Assembly: GCA_015222205.1 (NCBI GenBank)
Contig: JADFUW010000011.1
Location: forward strand, 511 to 64,510
Direction of reading: 5' to 3'
From: Chloroflexota bacterium
GTDB lineage: Bacteria > Chloroflexota > Dehalococcoidia > Dehalococcoidales > UBA5760
DNA length: 64,000 nucleotides
Below, piece after piece: positions 8,892-19,106 of this stretch (the stretch's first letter is position 1; every line of letters begins with the position of its first letter). Under the pieces are notes generated by a model. The model was not told where the DNA came from. It did not search any database and saw only the letters and a list, made by a program, of their open reading frames with translations. Position numbers and translations under genes: made by a program.

Positions 8892-11195
8892 GTGTTGTTA
8901 AGAGCAAAAAAACTAGCCAAGATAAAGGTGCACGGGGTAGTGCAGGGGGTTGGCTTCCGTCCTTTTATTTACCGACTGGCCTGTGAACACAACTTAGGAG
9001 GCTGGGTGCGTAACACCTCGGGAAACGTGGCTATCGAGGTAGAGGGAGATGAAGCAACCCTTAAGAACTTCCTTAATGACCTTGAAGCTAAAACTCCCCC
9101 TATGGCTCATATTGAAAAGGTCAAAGCCACCTTCCATCCCCCGAAGGGTTATAGCCAATTTGAAATCCTGGCAAGCCAGAGTCAGAAGGGTAAGTACCAG
9201 CTAGTCTCACCCGATATTGCCACCTGTGAAGACTGTAAAGGGGAAATCTTCTGCCCTACTGACCGCCGCCACCGCTACCCCTTCACCAACTGCACTAACT
9301 GTGGCCCCCGATTTACTATCATAGCGGACATCCCTTATGACCGTCCCAAGACAACTATGCGCCAGTTTCAAATGTGCCCCGAGTGCCAGCGAGAATACGA
9401 TGACCCCTTAGACCGTCGCTTTCATGCCCAGCCTAATGCCTGCCCTAAATGCGGCCCCAGCCTAGAGATAGTTAATAGCGAGGGTAACCCCGTTCAGGGC
9501 GATGATGTCGTTGAGATAGCCAGTGCTCTATTAAAAGCAGGGAAAATCTTAGCAATCAGGGGACTGGGTGGATTTCAACTCGCCTGTGATGCCACCAACG
9601 AAAAGGCGATAAACCAGCTGAGGGAACGAAAGAAGCGTCCCGCCAAGCCATTAGCCGTCATGGTAGCCACAATAGGAGATGTGGAAAGGCACTGCCTGGT
9701 ATCAGCCGAAGAAAGAAAACTCCTTGAGTCTCCCAAGTGCCCGATTGTCCTACTGAGGTGGCAGCATAACTCATCTAATATCTCTACAGCAGTAGCCCCA
9801 AAGCTAAAGTATCTCGGGGTGATGCTCCCCTATACCCCTTTACACCACCTTCTCTTACGGGAGACTGACCTGCCCCTGGTCATGACCAGTGGTAACCTTA
9901 GTGAGGAGCCTATTGCTAAGGATAACGATGAGGCCTTAAGAAGACTCAAGGGAATTGCCGATTATTTCCTGCTTCACAACCGGGATATCTACGCCCGCTA
10001 TGATGACAGTGTTTTTATAGTAGAAGATGATATGCCTCAGCCAGTAAGGCGAGCACGGGGCTATGCTCCCTACCCTATTTTTCTTCCCTTTAAATCAAGG
10101 CAAATCCTTGCCTGCGGTGCCGAGGAGAAGAATACCTTTTGTCTGACCAAAGATAAGCATGCTTTCTTAAGCCAGCACATCGGTGATATGGAGAACGAGG
10201 AGACCCTAGAGCACTTTGAAAATACTATTAAGCTCTACGAGAGGCTATTTCGTATTAAACCCGAAATCGTGGCTCATGATATGCACCCGGAATACCTGGC
10301 AACAAAATATGCCCGGCAAATCAGCTCGGAGCGTGAGCTAAATCTGGTGCCAGTTCAGCATCATCATGCCCATATCGTAAGCTGCCTGGTAGAGAATAAG
10401 GTCAAAGGGCCAGTTATCGGGGTAGCCTTTGACGGTACAGGATACGGCACCGATGGCACTATCTGGGGAGGGGAATTCCTGCTGGCTGACTATCATAGCT
10501 TCCAGAGGCTAGGACATCTGGAATATGTGCCCCTGCCGGGAAGCACTGCCGCCATAAAGAAGCCCTATCGCATGGCCTTAAGCTATCTGTACACACTTCT
10601 AGGGGACGACTTCTCGCTAGCAGGTCTCCCCTTAAGCAGGCTCAATCCTGGTGAGGTTGAGATAGTACAAAAACAGCTAAAGCAAGGCATAAATTCCCCA
10701 CCGACTTCAAGCGCCGGGCGACTTTTTGATGCCGTTTCCGCCATGGCTGGGGTGAGGGGGGAAATAGATTATGAAGCTCAGGCAGCCATTGAGCTTGAGA
10801 TGCTGGCTCCCGATGCATTAGATAAGCGTGAGATAAAGGCTTATCCTTTCTCCATTATTGGAGACCAAGGGGTAAAGGTGGTAAAATTAGAGGAGCTAAT
10901 CTCATCGGTATCACGGGATGTTAGAAATCAGGCTCCTACGTCCATAATATCACTCAAGTTTCACCATGCAATGGCTCAGATAATCGCCGAGATGTGTAAA
11001 ACCATCGCTGAAGAAACAGGCATAAATGAGGTGGCGCTAAGTGGCGGCGTCTTCCAAAACCGCTTACTCCTGAAGTTAGCCATCTCAGCATTACGAAAAG
11101 AAGGGCTAAGTGTGCTTACTCACCATTTAGTGCCCTGTAACGACGGCGGCATCTCCCTGGGTCAAGCCGTGATTGCGAACTTCGCTGGGAGTTAG
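8892..11195 (+). CDS. hypF: Carbamoyltransferase HypF
   Basis: 767 aa. Acylphosphatase N-terminus (VHGVVQGVGFRPFIY), two zinc-finger CxxC pairs, and YrdC and Kae1-like regions. Confidence 0.95.
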   Translation: MLLRAKKLAKIKVHGVVQGVGFRPFIYRLACEHNLGGWVRNTSGNVAIEVEGDEATLKNFLNDLEAKTPPMAHIEKVKATFHPPKGYSQFEILASQSQKGKYQLVSPDIATCEDCKGEIFCPTDRRHRYPFTNCTNCGPRFTIIADIPYDRPKTTMRQFQMCPECQREYDDPLDRRFHAQPNACPKCGPSLEIVNSEGNPVQGDDVVEIASALLKAGKILAIRGLGGFQLACDATNEKAINQLRERKKRPAKPLAVMVATIGDVERHCLVSAEERKLLESPKCPIVLLRWQHNSSNISTAVAPKLKYLGVMLPYTPLHHLLLRETDLPLVMTSGNLSEEPIAKDNDEALRRLKGIADYFLLHNRDIYARYDDSVFIVEDDMPQPVRRARGYAPYPIFLPFKSRQILACGAEEKNTFCLTKDKHAFLSQHIGDMENEETLEHFENTIKLYERLFRIKPEIVAHDMHPEYLATKYARQISSERELNLVPVQHHHAHIVSCLVENKVKGPVIGVAFDGTGYGTDGTIWGGEFLLADYHSFQRLGHLEYVPLPGSTAAIKKPYRMALSYLYTLLGDDFSLAGLPLSRLNPGEVEIVQKQLKQGINSPPTSSAGRLFDAVSAMAGVRGEIDYEAQAAIELEMLAPDALDKREIKAYPFSIIGDQGVKVVKLEELISSVSRDVRNQAPTSIISLKFHHAMAQIIAEMCKTIAEETGINEVALSGGVFQNRLLLKLAISALRKEGLSVLTHHLVPCNDGGISLGQAVIANFAGS

Positions 11196-11197
11196 AT

Positions 11198-11428
11198 GTG
11201 TGTTTAGCCATTCCGGTACTTATTAAGTCCATAGAGGATAAAGAAGCTGAGGTAGAAATAGGCGGTATAACCCGCCGCATCAGCCTGCAGCTCACGCCGG
11301 AGGCTAAGGTGGGTGACTATGCCATAATCCACACCGGCTATGCCATAAATATCCTAGACCAAGAAGGAGCCGAGGAAACCCTGAAGCTCCTGGAGGAAAT
11401 AGCCGAGACGGCCGAGGAGGGGGAATGA
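11198..11428 (+). CDS. hypC: Hydrogenase assembly chaperone HypC
   Basis: Invariant MCLAIP N-terminus (GTG start), 76 aa. Confidence 0.9.
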   Translation: MCLAIPVLIKSIEDKEAEVEIGGITRRISLQLTPEAKVGDYAIIHTGYAINILDQEGAEETLKLLEEIAETAEEGE

Positions 11429-12519
11429 GGTTTATTACTGAATTTCGGCGCCCTGAGTTAGCCGAGGGACTAATCTCACAAATCCACCACAAGTCCAAAA
11501 CTGCGGTGCGTTTAATGGAGTTCTGTGGTGGTCATACCGTGACCATCTTTAGATACGGCATCCGCCAGGCTCTACCCAAAACCCTGGAGATGGTCTCCGG
11601 ACCGGGTTGTCCCGTTTGTGTGACCGCCAATGCTGACCTGGATAAAGCCATCGCCCTATCCCAAATCCCGGATGTAATCATCACCACCTTTGGCGATATG
11701 CTCAAGGTTCCAGGTAGCTACTCCAGTCTACAAGAAGCTAAGGCTAGCGGCGCTGATGTACGTGTAGTTTACTCCACTATGGATGCCCTCAAGATAGCCG
11801 AGGAAAACCCTGATAAGTCGGTAGTCTTTCTCGGTATTGGTTTTGAGACCACGGCTCCAACCATCGCCGCATCTATCCTCATGGCTCAGGACAAAGGGAT
11901 ACAAAATTATCATGTTCTCTCCCTGCACAAGCTCTGCCCGCCGGCAATCCGAGCCATTCTTGACTGCGGTGAGGTCAGGCTTCAGGGACTTATCTGCCCC
12001 GGACATGTAAGTGTTATTATCGGCTCCCATCCCTGGGAATCCGTTGCCCGTGACTATAATATTCCCTGTGTCATCTCCGGCTTTGAACCCCTGGACATAC
12101 TGCAGTGCATCAGCATGCTGGTAGCTCAGGTTGAAAAGGGAGAGTCTAGGGTTGAGATTGCCTACCGACGGGGAGTGCACCCCGAAGGGAACCGAGAAGC
12201 ACTCAAAATTATGGAGCAAGTATTTGAGCCCTGCCCGGCTCAATGGCGGGGCATGGGTGAGATTCCCGGTAGTGGCCTAAAGTTAAGGGGGAAATACCGG
12301 CACTTTGATGCTGAGCTTGTCTTTAGTATTGTCCCGGAACCTGCCTGTGAACCCGAAGGTTGCATCTGTGGCGACATCCTGCGGGGGGTTAAGACGCCCA
12401 CTGATTGCCTTCTCTTTGGTAAAGTCTGCACACCAGAGCATCCGGTGGGACCATGCATGGTCTCCTCAGAGGGTAGTTGCTCTGCCTATTACCTTTATGG
12501 AGGTAGTTTTGGAGAATAG
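11425..12519 (+). CDS. hypD: Hydrogenase maturation factor HypD
   Basis: FCGGHT, GPGCPVCV and C-terminal Cys-rich motifs. Overlaps the hypC stop. Confidence 0.95.
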   Translation: MRFITEFRRPELAEGLISQIHHKSKTAVRLMEFCGGHTVTIFRYGIRQALPKTLEMVSGPGCPVCVTANADLDKAIALSQIPDVIITTFGDMLKVPGSYSSLQEAKASGADVRVVYSTMDALKIAEENPDKSVVFLGIGFETTAPTIAASILMAQDKGIQNYHVLSLHKLCPPAIRAILDCGEVRLQGLICPGHVSVIIGSHPWESVARDYNIPCVISGFEPLDILQCISMLVAQVEKGESRVEIAYRRGVHPEGNREALKIMEQVFEPCPAQWRGMGEIPGSGLKLRGKYRHFDAELVFSIVPEPACEPEGCICGDILRGVKTPTDCLLFGKVCTPEHPVGPCMVSSEGSCSAYYLYGGSFGE

Positions 12520-13513
12520 AATACTGCTCACCCACGGCAGTGGCGGCAAGCTAGCCCACGAACTGGTAGAGAAAAGCTTTGTTAAAGCTTTAGCCAATCC
12601 TCTACTTGCCAAACTGGATGATTCAGCCGTTTTTGACCTAAGTGGTAAGCTAGCCTTCACCACTGACAGTCATGTAGTAAGCCCTATCTTCTACCCCGGT
12701 GGCGATATTGGAAAGCTGGCTGTCTGCGGCACAGTAAATGATTTAGCTATGTCGGGGGCTAAACCCCTCTACTTAAGCCTTGCCTTCATCATTGAGGAAG
12801 GACTCCTCCAGGACGAACTGGATAAAATCGTGAATTCCATTCAGAAGGCAACCAAAGAAGCCGAGGTGGAAATCGTTACCGGAGATACCAAAGTTGTTAA
12901 TCGAGGTAGTGCCGATAAGCTCTTTATCAACACGGCTGGTGTCGGCATAATACCACAAGGGGTCAATATCTCCGGAAGCAATGCCAGACCGGGAGATAAG
13001 GTAATTCTAAGCGGGACTATTGGTGAACACGGCATTGCAGTACTCAGCCAGCGGCAGGGGTTAAGCTTCTCCACCCAGCTTGAGAGCGATTTGGCCCCGC
13101 TGGGAAGCTTAGTAGCAGATATGCTGGCTGTTAGCCACAATATTCATTGTCTAAGAGACCCCACCCGAGGCGGGTTAGCCACTATCTTAAACGAACTAGC
13201 GGAGCAGTCAAAGGTAAGCATAAGGATTAATGAGGAAAAAATACCAGTACGCGAAGAGGTTTTAGCTGCCTGTGAGATGCTGGGCCTTGACCCTCTGTAT
13301 ATCGCCAACGAAGGTAAGTTAGTCGCTATAGTGCCCGCTCTAGATGCCACCAAGGTTCTCAAGGCAATGCGAGGCAACCATTACGGGAAAAGTGCCGCTG
13401 TCATCGGCGAAGTCAGGGCAGAAAACCCCGGCCGGGTGATAATGAAAACCAGTCTGGGAACCTCCCGAATAATTGACATGCTGGTCGGCGACCCGCTGCC
13501 AAGAATTTGTTGA
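12497..13513 (+). CDS. hypE: Carbamoyl dehydratase HypE
   Basis: I chose the ATG at 12497 (MEVVLENRILLTHGSGGK...). The C-terminus is PRIC. The track's upstream extension from 12305 lies entirely inside hypD. Confidence 0.9.
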   Translation: MEVVLENRILLTHGSGGKLAHELVEKSFVKALANPLLAKLDDSAVFDLSGKLAFTTDSHVVSPIFYPGGDIGKLAVCGTVNDLAMSGAKPLYLSLAFIIEEGLLQDELDKIVNSIQKATKEAEVEIVTGDTKVVNRGSADKLFINTAGVGIIPQGVNISGSNARPGDKVILSGTIGEHGIAVLSQRQGLSFSTQLESDLAPLGSLVADMLAVSHNIHCLRDPTRGGLATILNELAEQSKVSIRINEEKIPVREEVLAACEMLGLDPLYIANEGKLVAIVPALDATKVLKAMRGNHYGKSAAVIGEVRAENPGRVIMKTSLGTSRIIDMLVGDPLPRIC

Positions 13514-13549
13514 ACCAACTTCAAGTTATTAGTAGAGGCAAACTTATAG

Positions 13550-13891
13550 ATGCATGAACTAGCCATCACTCAAAGTATGCTTGATATTGTTCTGGAGCAA
13601 GCCGAAAAGGCAAGAGCCAAGAAGGTTAGCAACATAAACCTGACTGTCGGGGAGCTATCCGGGTTTGTTGAAGAGTGCGTACAGTTCTACTTCGGCTTCC
13701 TCGCCAAAGAGACTCTTGCTGAAGGGGCTACCCTGTCTTTTACCTCGGTTCCAGCAAGAGCCCGGTGTCAGGATTGCCACAAGACTTTTAAGCTTAAAGA
13801 GTTTGACTGGACTTGCCCCCACTGCGGGGGTAACAATATAGAGATTACCGCCGGTAAGGAACTCTTTGTAGAAAGCATTGAGGTAGAATAA
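13550..13891 (+). CDS. hypA: Nickel insertion protein HypA
   Basis: MHELAITQSML N-terminus and CxxC...CPHCG zinc site. Confidence 0.9.
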   Translation: MHELAITQSMLDIVLEQAEKARAKKVSNINLTVGELSGFVEECVQFYFGFLAKETLAEGATLSFTSVPARARCQDCHKTFKLKEFDWTCPHCGGNNIEITAGKELFVESIEVE

Positions 13892-13955
13892 GTAACAAGA
13901 AATTCACTACAGCAATCCGGTAATAAAGTCCCTGCAAAATATTGAGGTGGCATAA

Positions 13956-14615
13956 ATGGAAATAAAGGTTCTCAAGAACATTCTTAGCGTTAACGAGCAG
14001 ATAGCCCAGAAAAACCGGGGGCTGCTGGACAAAAACAACATATTCACCATAAACATCATGTCCTCGCCCGGCGCCGGTAAAACAAGCCTTATCTTACAGA
14101 CCATAAAGAGGCTGAAAGATAAGACCAGAATTGGTGTTATTGAAGGAGATGTCAGCTCAAGCGTAGATGCAGAAACGGTAGGCAAAGAGGGGGTACCAGT
14201 CATCCAGATAAACACCGGCGGCGGCTGTCACCTTGATGCTAATATGGTAAATAATGCCCTGAGTAACCTGCCCCTGCCGGACATTGACCTGCTCTTTATC
14301 GAAAATGTAGGCAATCTAATCTGCCCTGCCAGTTTTGCTCTTGGTGACCATAAAAGGGTCATCGTGTCAAGCATTCCCGAGGGACATGATAAACCACTCA
14401 AATATCCACTAATGTTCCATGAAGCCAATATCGTACTGTTAAATAAAATTGACCTTCTGCCATACGTAGCATTTGACATGAAGGCTTTCTCTCAGGCAAT
14501 CAGAAACATAAACGAGAAACTAGAAATTATCCCAATTTCCTGTACCACCGGCCAGGGAATTGAAACCTGGGTCTCCTGGCTTGTAGCCCAAATGAGAAAG
14601 AAAAACAGTACTTAG
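13956..14615 (+). CDS. hypB: Nickel-dependent GTPase HypB
   Basis: P-loop SSPGAGKTSL, ENVGNLICP and NKIDL GTPase motifs. Confidence 0.9.
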   Translation: MEIKVLKNILSVNEQIAQKNRGLLDKNNIFTINIMSSPGAGKTSLILQTIKRLKDKTRIGVIEGDVSSSVDAETVGKEGVPVIQINTGGGCHLDANMVNNALSNLPLPDIDLLFIENVGNLICPASFALGDHKRVIVSSIPEGHDKPLKYPLMFHEANIVLLNKIDLLPYVAFDMKAFSQAIRNINEKLEIIPISCTTGQGIETWVSWLVAQMRKKNST

Positions 14616-14670
14616 TCCACCCCAAATTCTTGGCTGGGGAATTTTATTAATTTAGTTCCTTTAATAGCTT

Positions 14671-15357
14671 ATGGAAGTGTTGAATAGCATCCCGGTTAGA
14701 CTAAACTCCAAAGAAGTATTAAAGCAGTTGCACATGCGCAAAACAAATACGGATATTGAAAAAAGTGTCCAAGAATTAATTGAGATTACTCGCCCTATAG
14801 CCAAACCTAAAGCCGTCTATGAAGTTTGCTATGTTAGTAATAGAAATTGGGACTCTCTAGATATTGGTGGCATCAGGTTTACCAGCCGTGTTCTCAGAAT
14901 TAATTTGGATAAAATAGAAAGGGTTTTTCCATACATTGCCACATGCGGCCGGGAATTAGACGAAGTAGCTGTCCCATCCCACGAACTTGTGAAATCATAC
15001 TGTCTGGACATAATTAAAGAAATGCTTTTATATTCAGCTAGGAGCTATCTTGAAGATTACCTGACCAGAAATTATGGGCTTGGACAGATATCAGAAATGG
15101 AACCAGGCTCTTTAGAGTCTTGGCCAATAACACAGCAAAAAGAGCTGTTTTCGATCTTTGGTAATGTTGAGGATTTAATTGGGGTGAAGCTAACTGAGCA
15201 TTTTCTAATGATTCCAGTGAAATCTGTATCTGGAATATACTTCCCAACTGAGATTAAGTTTGAGAGTTGTCAGCTATGCTCCAGGGAAAGATGTAGTGGT
15301 AGAAAAGCACCATACGACCCAGGTTTAGCCGAAAAATACAGGGAGGGTAGAAGGTAA
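14671..15357 (+). CDS. Methionine-synthase activation-domain-like protein (Met_synt_B12-like); tentative
   Basis: 228 aa. The overall pattern (IPV.LNSKEVLKQLHM..., FTSRVLRINLDKIERVFPYIATCG, C-terminal CQLCSRERCSGR) resembles stand-alone 'vitamin B12-dependent methionine synthase activation region' proteins of anaerobes. This rests on recollection only. Confidence 0.4.
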   Translation: MEVLNSIPVRLNSKEVLKQLHMRKTNTDIEKSVQELIEITRPIAKPKAVYEVCYVSNRNWDSLDIGGIRFTSRVLRINLDKIERVFPYIATCGRELDEVAVPSHELVKSYCLDIIKEMLLYSARSYLEDYLTRNYGLGQISEMEPGSLESWPITQQKELFSIFGNVEDLIGVKLTEHFLMIPVKSVSGIYFPTEIKFESCQLCSRERCSGRKAPYDPGLAEKYREGRR

Positions 15358-15403
15358 AATTGTTCTATCCGTTCCTGCCCAAAACGCTTGCCTGCCCTAA
15401 GAA

Positions 15404-15444
15404 TGGCTCCCCGAGTAGGACTCGAGATTATAACCTAGCGGTTA
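15404..15444 (-). repeat. 41-nt fragment matching the 3' end (CCA to anticodon stem) of tRNA-Asn at 35554-35594
   Basis: 37/41 identical, same orientation. The first 22 nt and last 12 nt are identical, with 4 mismatches in the T-arm. It cannot fold into a complete tRNA. Confidence 0.8.
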
Positions 15445-15547
15445 CAGGCTCATTCGGACAGAGTGAGCGCTATTAGAGCTATTGTTGACTACCCCAGTGC
15501 AAGGAATTTGATGGCGCCACCAAAGATAGGTACTAGCGGGTACCAGC

Positions 15548-16999
15548 TCAGCTGCTTTTCTTACTCATGTGCCAGCGCAGGTCAGGCTGTCTAACAGCTC
15601 TGACATCGTCTAGACGCCTAACAGGTGTGTTGTGAGGAGCGGTGTGCAGGATCTCAGGGTTTTCCGTTGCCTCTCTGGCGATTTCTTTCATAGCATTAAC
15701 ATAGGCATCCAGTGTCCCTTTGCTCTCCGTTTCCGTAGGTTCAGTCATGAGGGCTTCGCTAACTATCAGAGGGAAATAAACGGTTGGGGGATGAAGACCA
15801 TAATCAAGCAAGCGTTTGGCGATGTCTAGTGTAGAAACACCCTTTGCCTTTTGTCGTTTCCCTGAAAATACTACTTCGTGCATACAAGTACGGTCATAGG
15901 GCAGGTAATAATATGCCTTTAGCTTCTCTTTAAGGTAGTTAGCATTTAGAACGGCGTTCTCACTGGCCTCCTTTAGTCCCTCCGCACCTAGGGAGCGTAT
16001 ATAGGCATAGGCCTTAACCATTACGCCAAAGTTTCCGTAAAAGTTCCCTACCCTTCCAATAGACTTAGCCGGTGAGATAAACATATGCTTTTTATTATCT
16101 TTAGTCACCAAGGGCGATGGCAGGAAATCAGTCAAATTTTTCTTAGCACAGACAGGACCTGAGCCAGGCCCGCCACCTCCATGGGGGGTGCTGAAGGTTT
16201 TATGGAGATTTAACTGGACGTAGTCATACCCCAACTCTCCAATCTTTACCCGTCCCAAGAAAGCATTCAGGTTGGCCCCGTCCCCCCCCAGGAGACCACC
16301 CCGGTCATGAACCAATTGACTAATCTCAATTATTTGAGGGTCAAATAAGCCTAGAGTAGTGGGCATGGTCAGTATTAATGCGGCCACCTCCTCATTCATC
16401 ATAGATTCAAGGCTCTTTAAATCTAGGTTACCTTCATTATCAGAAGGCACGGTGTCTACCTTAAACCCACACATGACAGCACTGGCCGGGTTTGTTCCAT
16501 GAGAGGAGTCTGTTAATAATATCTTCTTTCGAGCTTTATCCCCTCGGTCTTGATGGTATGCCTTTACCATTAGCAGGCCAGTTAGCTCACCATGTGCCCC
16601 TGCCATAGGGACTAAGCTAGTGCCACTCATGCCTGTAATCTCGGCTAGATACTCCTGCAACTCGCACATAAGTTGCAGTGCTCCCTGGGCAGACTCTTCT
16701 GACTGGTAGGGGTGAATTGAGGTAAAACCAGACAGGCTGGCAATATCCTCATGACACTTGGGGTTATATTTCATGGTGCAGCTGCCGAGAGGGTAGAACC
16801 CTGTGTCCACCCCGTAGTTGAATTTACTGAGGGCAGTGAAGTACCTTACGAGCTCAGTCTCACTTACCTCAGGCAACTCGAGCTCCCGGCGGAGTAGCCC
16901 CTTAGGAGGCAACTCAGCCGGGGGTACGTCTAAATGTGGGAGACTGCACCCAATCTTACCGGGCCGGCTAATATCGGGAAGTAGGTAATTGCGACTCAT
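15548..16999 (-). CDS. gcvPB: Glycine dehydrogenase (decarboxylating) subunit 2
   Basis: 483 aa. PLP-Lys context NLHKTFSTPHGGGGPG is typical of GcvPB. Confidence 0.95.
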   Translation of the reverse strand: MSRNYLLPDISRPGKIGCSLPHLDVPPAELPPKGLLRRELELPEVSETELVRYFTALSKFNYGVDTGFYPLGSCTMKYNPKCHEDIASLSGFTSIHPYQSEESAQGALQLMCELQEYLAEITGMSGTSLVPMAGAHGELTGLLMVKAYHQDRGDKARKKILLTDSSHGTNPASAVMCGFKVDTVPSDNEGNLDLKSLESMMNEEVAALILTMPTTLGLFDPQIIEISQLVHDRGGLLGGDGANLNAFLGRVKIGELGYDYVQLNLHKTFSTPHGGGGPGSGPVCAKKNLTDFLPSPLVTKDNKKHMFISPAKSIGRVGNFYGNFGVMVKAYAYIRSLGAEGLKEASENAVLNANYLKEKLKAYYYLPYDRTCMHEVVFSGKRQKAKGVSTLDIAKRLLDYGLHPPTVYFPLIVSEALMTEPTETESKGTLDAYVNAMKEIAREATENPEILHTAPHNTPVRRLDDVRAVRQPDLRWHMSKKSS

Positions 17000-17011
17000 C
17001 TTTTAATTCCT

Positions 17012-18313
17012 CTATAGTGTGCCTAGAATTTCTACTAACCTGTCTATCTGTTGTTTTGTGTTTACCTCGGTGACACAGAATAACATACTGTTATCTATCA
17101 GATGGCTTATGTCTAAACCACCGACTATGCTCTCATGGAAAAGTGCTTTGTTAATCTGATGAGGTGCTATTGGACAACGAATGACAAACTCCTTAAAGAA
17201 GGGCTGCTGAAAAGCCAAGGAATATCCTTTAAGTTTGCTTATTTCTTCAGCAGCATAGTGAGCCTTGTGGTAGCACAATTCAGCGACCTGCCTAAGTCCT
17301 CTCTTACCCAAGGTGCCTAGGTAAACTGCCACTGCCAGGGCCATCAAGGCTTCACTGGTGCAGATATTAGATGTTGCCCGCTCTCTTCGGATATATTGCT
17401 CACGGGTCACTATAGTCATCACATATCCTGGCTTACCATTAACATCTACCGTCTTACCTACAAGCCTGCCTGGCATCTGGCGTACATATTCCTGCCGGCA
17501 GGTAAAGATACCTAAGTAGGGGCCACCAAAACTTGTCGGGATACCCAATGGCTGCCCCTCAGCGACGGCAATATCAGCCCCGTAATCCCCCGGCGGTTTA
17601 AACATACCTAAAGAAATAGGGTCAACTATAACAATGAGTAAGGCTCCAGCATCGTGGGCTTTTTGAACATATGGTTCTATCCCTTCAAAATGGCCAAAGA
17701 AATTGGGCTGTTGAACTATCAAACAGGCACAGTCTGAAGACAAATTTGAGTTCGACTCTATCGTTTCTAGGGTGAGATTCCTATTTCTAACATAAGTATC
17801 TATCACCTCGCGATATGTTGGATTTACCGTATTTAGTACAGCCGCCTTGCCCCGTTTGGTTATTATACATGCCATTATGGCTGCCTCAGCAGTGGCAGTA
17901 CTACCATCGTACATCCCAGCGTTGCTCACCTCCATACCGGTGAGTTGGCAGACTAGCGACTGGTACTCATAGGTAGCCTGCAGTGTACCCTGGCTAGCCT
18001 CTGCTTGATACGGGGTATAAGCAGTATAGAATTCGCTGCGACCGGTGATATGACCAACTACACTGGGAATAAAGTGCCTGTAGCAGCCAGCACCTAGAAA
18101 ACAAGCATAATTATCAAGATTAGCATTAAGGTTGGCTAGCCGGGAGAGCTCCTCTTTAAGCTCAAATTCAGATAGGGGTGTCGGTAGTTTAAGGCGGGCA
18201 TGACGGAATCTTTCCGGTATATCATGGAATAGTTCTTCAACAGAGCTGACGCCAATCTCTTGCAACATAGCGTTGCGTTCAGCATCAGTATTTGGTAAGT
18301 AGGGTGATGGCAT
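17012..18313 (-). CDS. gcvPA: Glycine dehydrogenase (decarboxylating) subunit 1
   Basis: 433 aa. FLGAGCYRHFIPSVV and TAYTPYQAEASQGTLQ motifs. Confidence 0.95.
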   Translation of the reverse strand: MPSPYLPNTDAERNAMLQEIGVSSVEELFHDIPERFRHARLKLPTPLSEFELKEELSRLANLNANLDNYACFLGAGCYRHFIPSVVGHITGRSEFYTAYTPYQAEASQGTLQATYEYQSLVCQLTGMEVSNAGMYDGSTATAEAAIMACIITKRGKAAVLNTVNPTYREVIDTYVRNRNLTLETIESNSNLSSDCACLIVQQPNFFGHFEGIEPYVQKAHDAGALLIVIVDPISLGMFKPPGDYGADIAVAEGQPLGIPTSFGGPYLGIFTCRQEYVRQMPGRLVGKTVDVNGKPGYVMTIVTREQYIRRERATSNICTSEALMALAVAVYLGTLGKRGLRQVAELCYHKAHYAAEEISKLKGYSLAFQQPFFKEFVIRCPIAPHQINKALFHESIVGGLDISHLIDNSMLFCVTEVNTKQQIDRLVEILGTL

Positions 18314-18332
18314 TTATATTGCTATCTCCATT

Positions 18333-18734
18333 CTATTCTGAGTCTTCTTTGGCTAACTCGGTTACAAATTTATCATACTCATCGCCATTCATTAAATTAT
18401 CAAGCTCCGAAGGTTTGCTCAGTTTTAATCTAACGAGCCAACCATCTCCATAAGGCTCCTGGTTCAACAACATAGGCTCATCAATAGCAGCTTGGTTGAC
18501 TTCTAACACCTCACCACTAGCCGGGGTGAAAAGGTCTACAACTGCTTTCACCGATTCTATCTCACCTATCTTGCCAAACTGTTCTACTTGGGTGCCTGGG
18601 GCTGGCAGGTCAAGAAATACTATGTCTCCCAAATGAGACTGGGCATAATCGGCAATCCCTATTTTCCCCTTATCCCCTGCCTCAAGGCAAATCCATTCAT
18701 GTTCTTTTGTATACTTATATTCTTTTGGGTTCAT
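18333..18734 (-). CDS. gcvH: Glycine cleavage system H protein
   Basis: Lipoyl-Lys context EIESVKAV; YTKEHEW N-terminus. Confidence 0.95.
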   Translation of the reverse strand: MNPKEYKYTKEHEWICLEAGDKGKIGIADYAQSHLGDIVFLDLPAPGTQVEQFGKIGEIESVKAVVDLFTPASGEVLEVNQAAIDEPMLLNQEPYGDGWLVRLKLSKPSELDNLMNGDEYDKFVTELAKEDSE

Positions 18735-18873
18735 TTCACACTCCTCCTTTGTAGAATTGCTGGTTAACTATCTAAGCCACTGCCGGTTTCTGGTGAATCA
18801 CTATCTTGATATCAGTACCAATGGTTTCAACTCACCAAAACACAGCTAGGTCAATGTTAAGGCTTTCTCGCCC

Positions 18874-18911
18874 AAATAAAAAGGGCAACCAACATTAACC
18901 CGATTGCCCTT
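18874..18911 (-). terminator. Intrinsic terminator forming the expression platform of the glycine riboswitch
   Basis: The minus strand reads AGGGCAATCGGGTTAATGTTGGTTGCCCTTTTTATTT. Its 5' arm overlaps the 3' side of aptamer-2 P1 (CAAGGG). Confidence 0.65.
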
Positions 18912-19099
18912 GTTCTTTTACCTGAGAGATTTCCCACCACCAACTAGCAGAATTACCCCTTCGGTGCCCCCATCTAGGGGTCTCTCCAAGAGTTTTACAT
19001 ACGGTAGTCCTTTTGCCTGAGAGTTTCAAGACCCAGCATCAAAGGCTATGTCTTTTTCCCCTTCGGCTCCCTCTATATAATACAGGGCCTCTCCTACCG
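18907..19099 (-). promoter_or_regulatory. Tandem glycine riboswitch (two aptamers)
   Basis: Minus-strand aptamer 1: CGGTAGGAGAG...GGGAGCCGAAGGGGAAAA...CTCTCAGGCAAAAGGACTACCG. Aptamer 2: CTTGGAGAGACCCC...GGCACCGAAGGGGTAAT...TCTCTCAGGTAAAAGAACAAG. It lies directly 5' of gcvH. Confidence 0.9.
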
Positions 19100-19106
19100 T
19101 TGTTTG

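Noticed and set aside
11728-12243. Large antisense ORFs inside confirmed genes, including 11728-12243, 41119-41613, 48209-48649, 48565-48942, 34683-35096, 8439-8741, 23354-23916 and 41991-42467
   Set aside because: They fully overlap genes with strong family signatures on the other strand. Their translations are Ser/Pro/Arg-rich shadow frames without recognisable motifs.
12305-12496. Long N-terminal extension of hypE given by the ORF track (start at 12305)
   Set aside because: The extension lies entirely inside hypD in another frame and has no HypE-like sequence. The HypE consensus (..ILL.HGSGG) begins right after the ATG at 12497.
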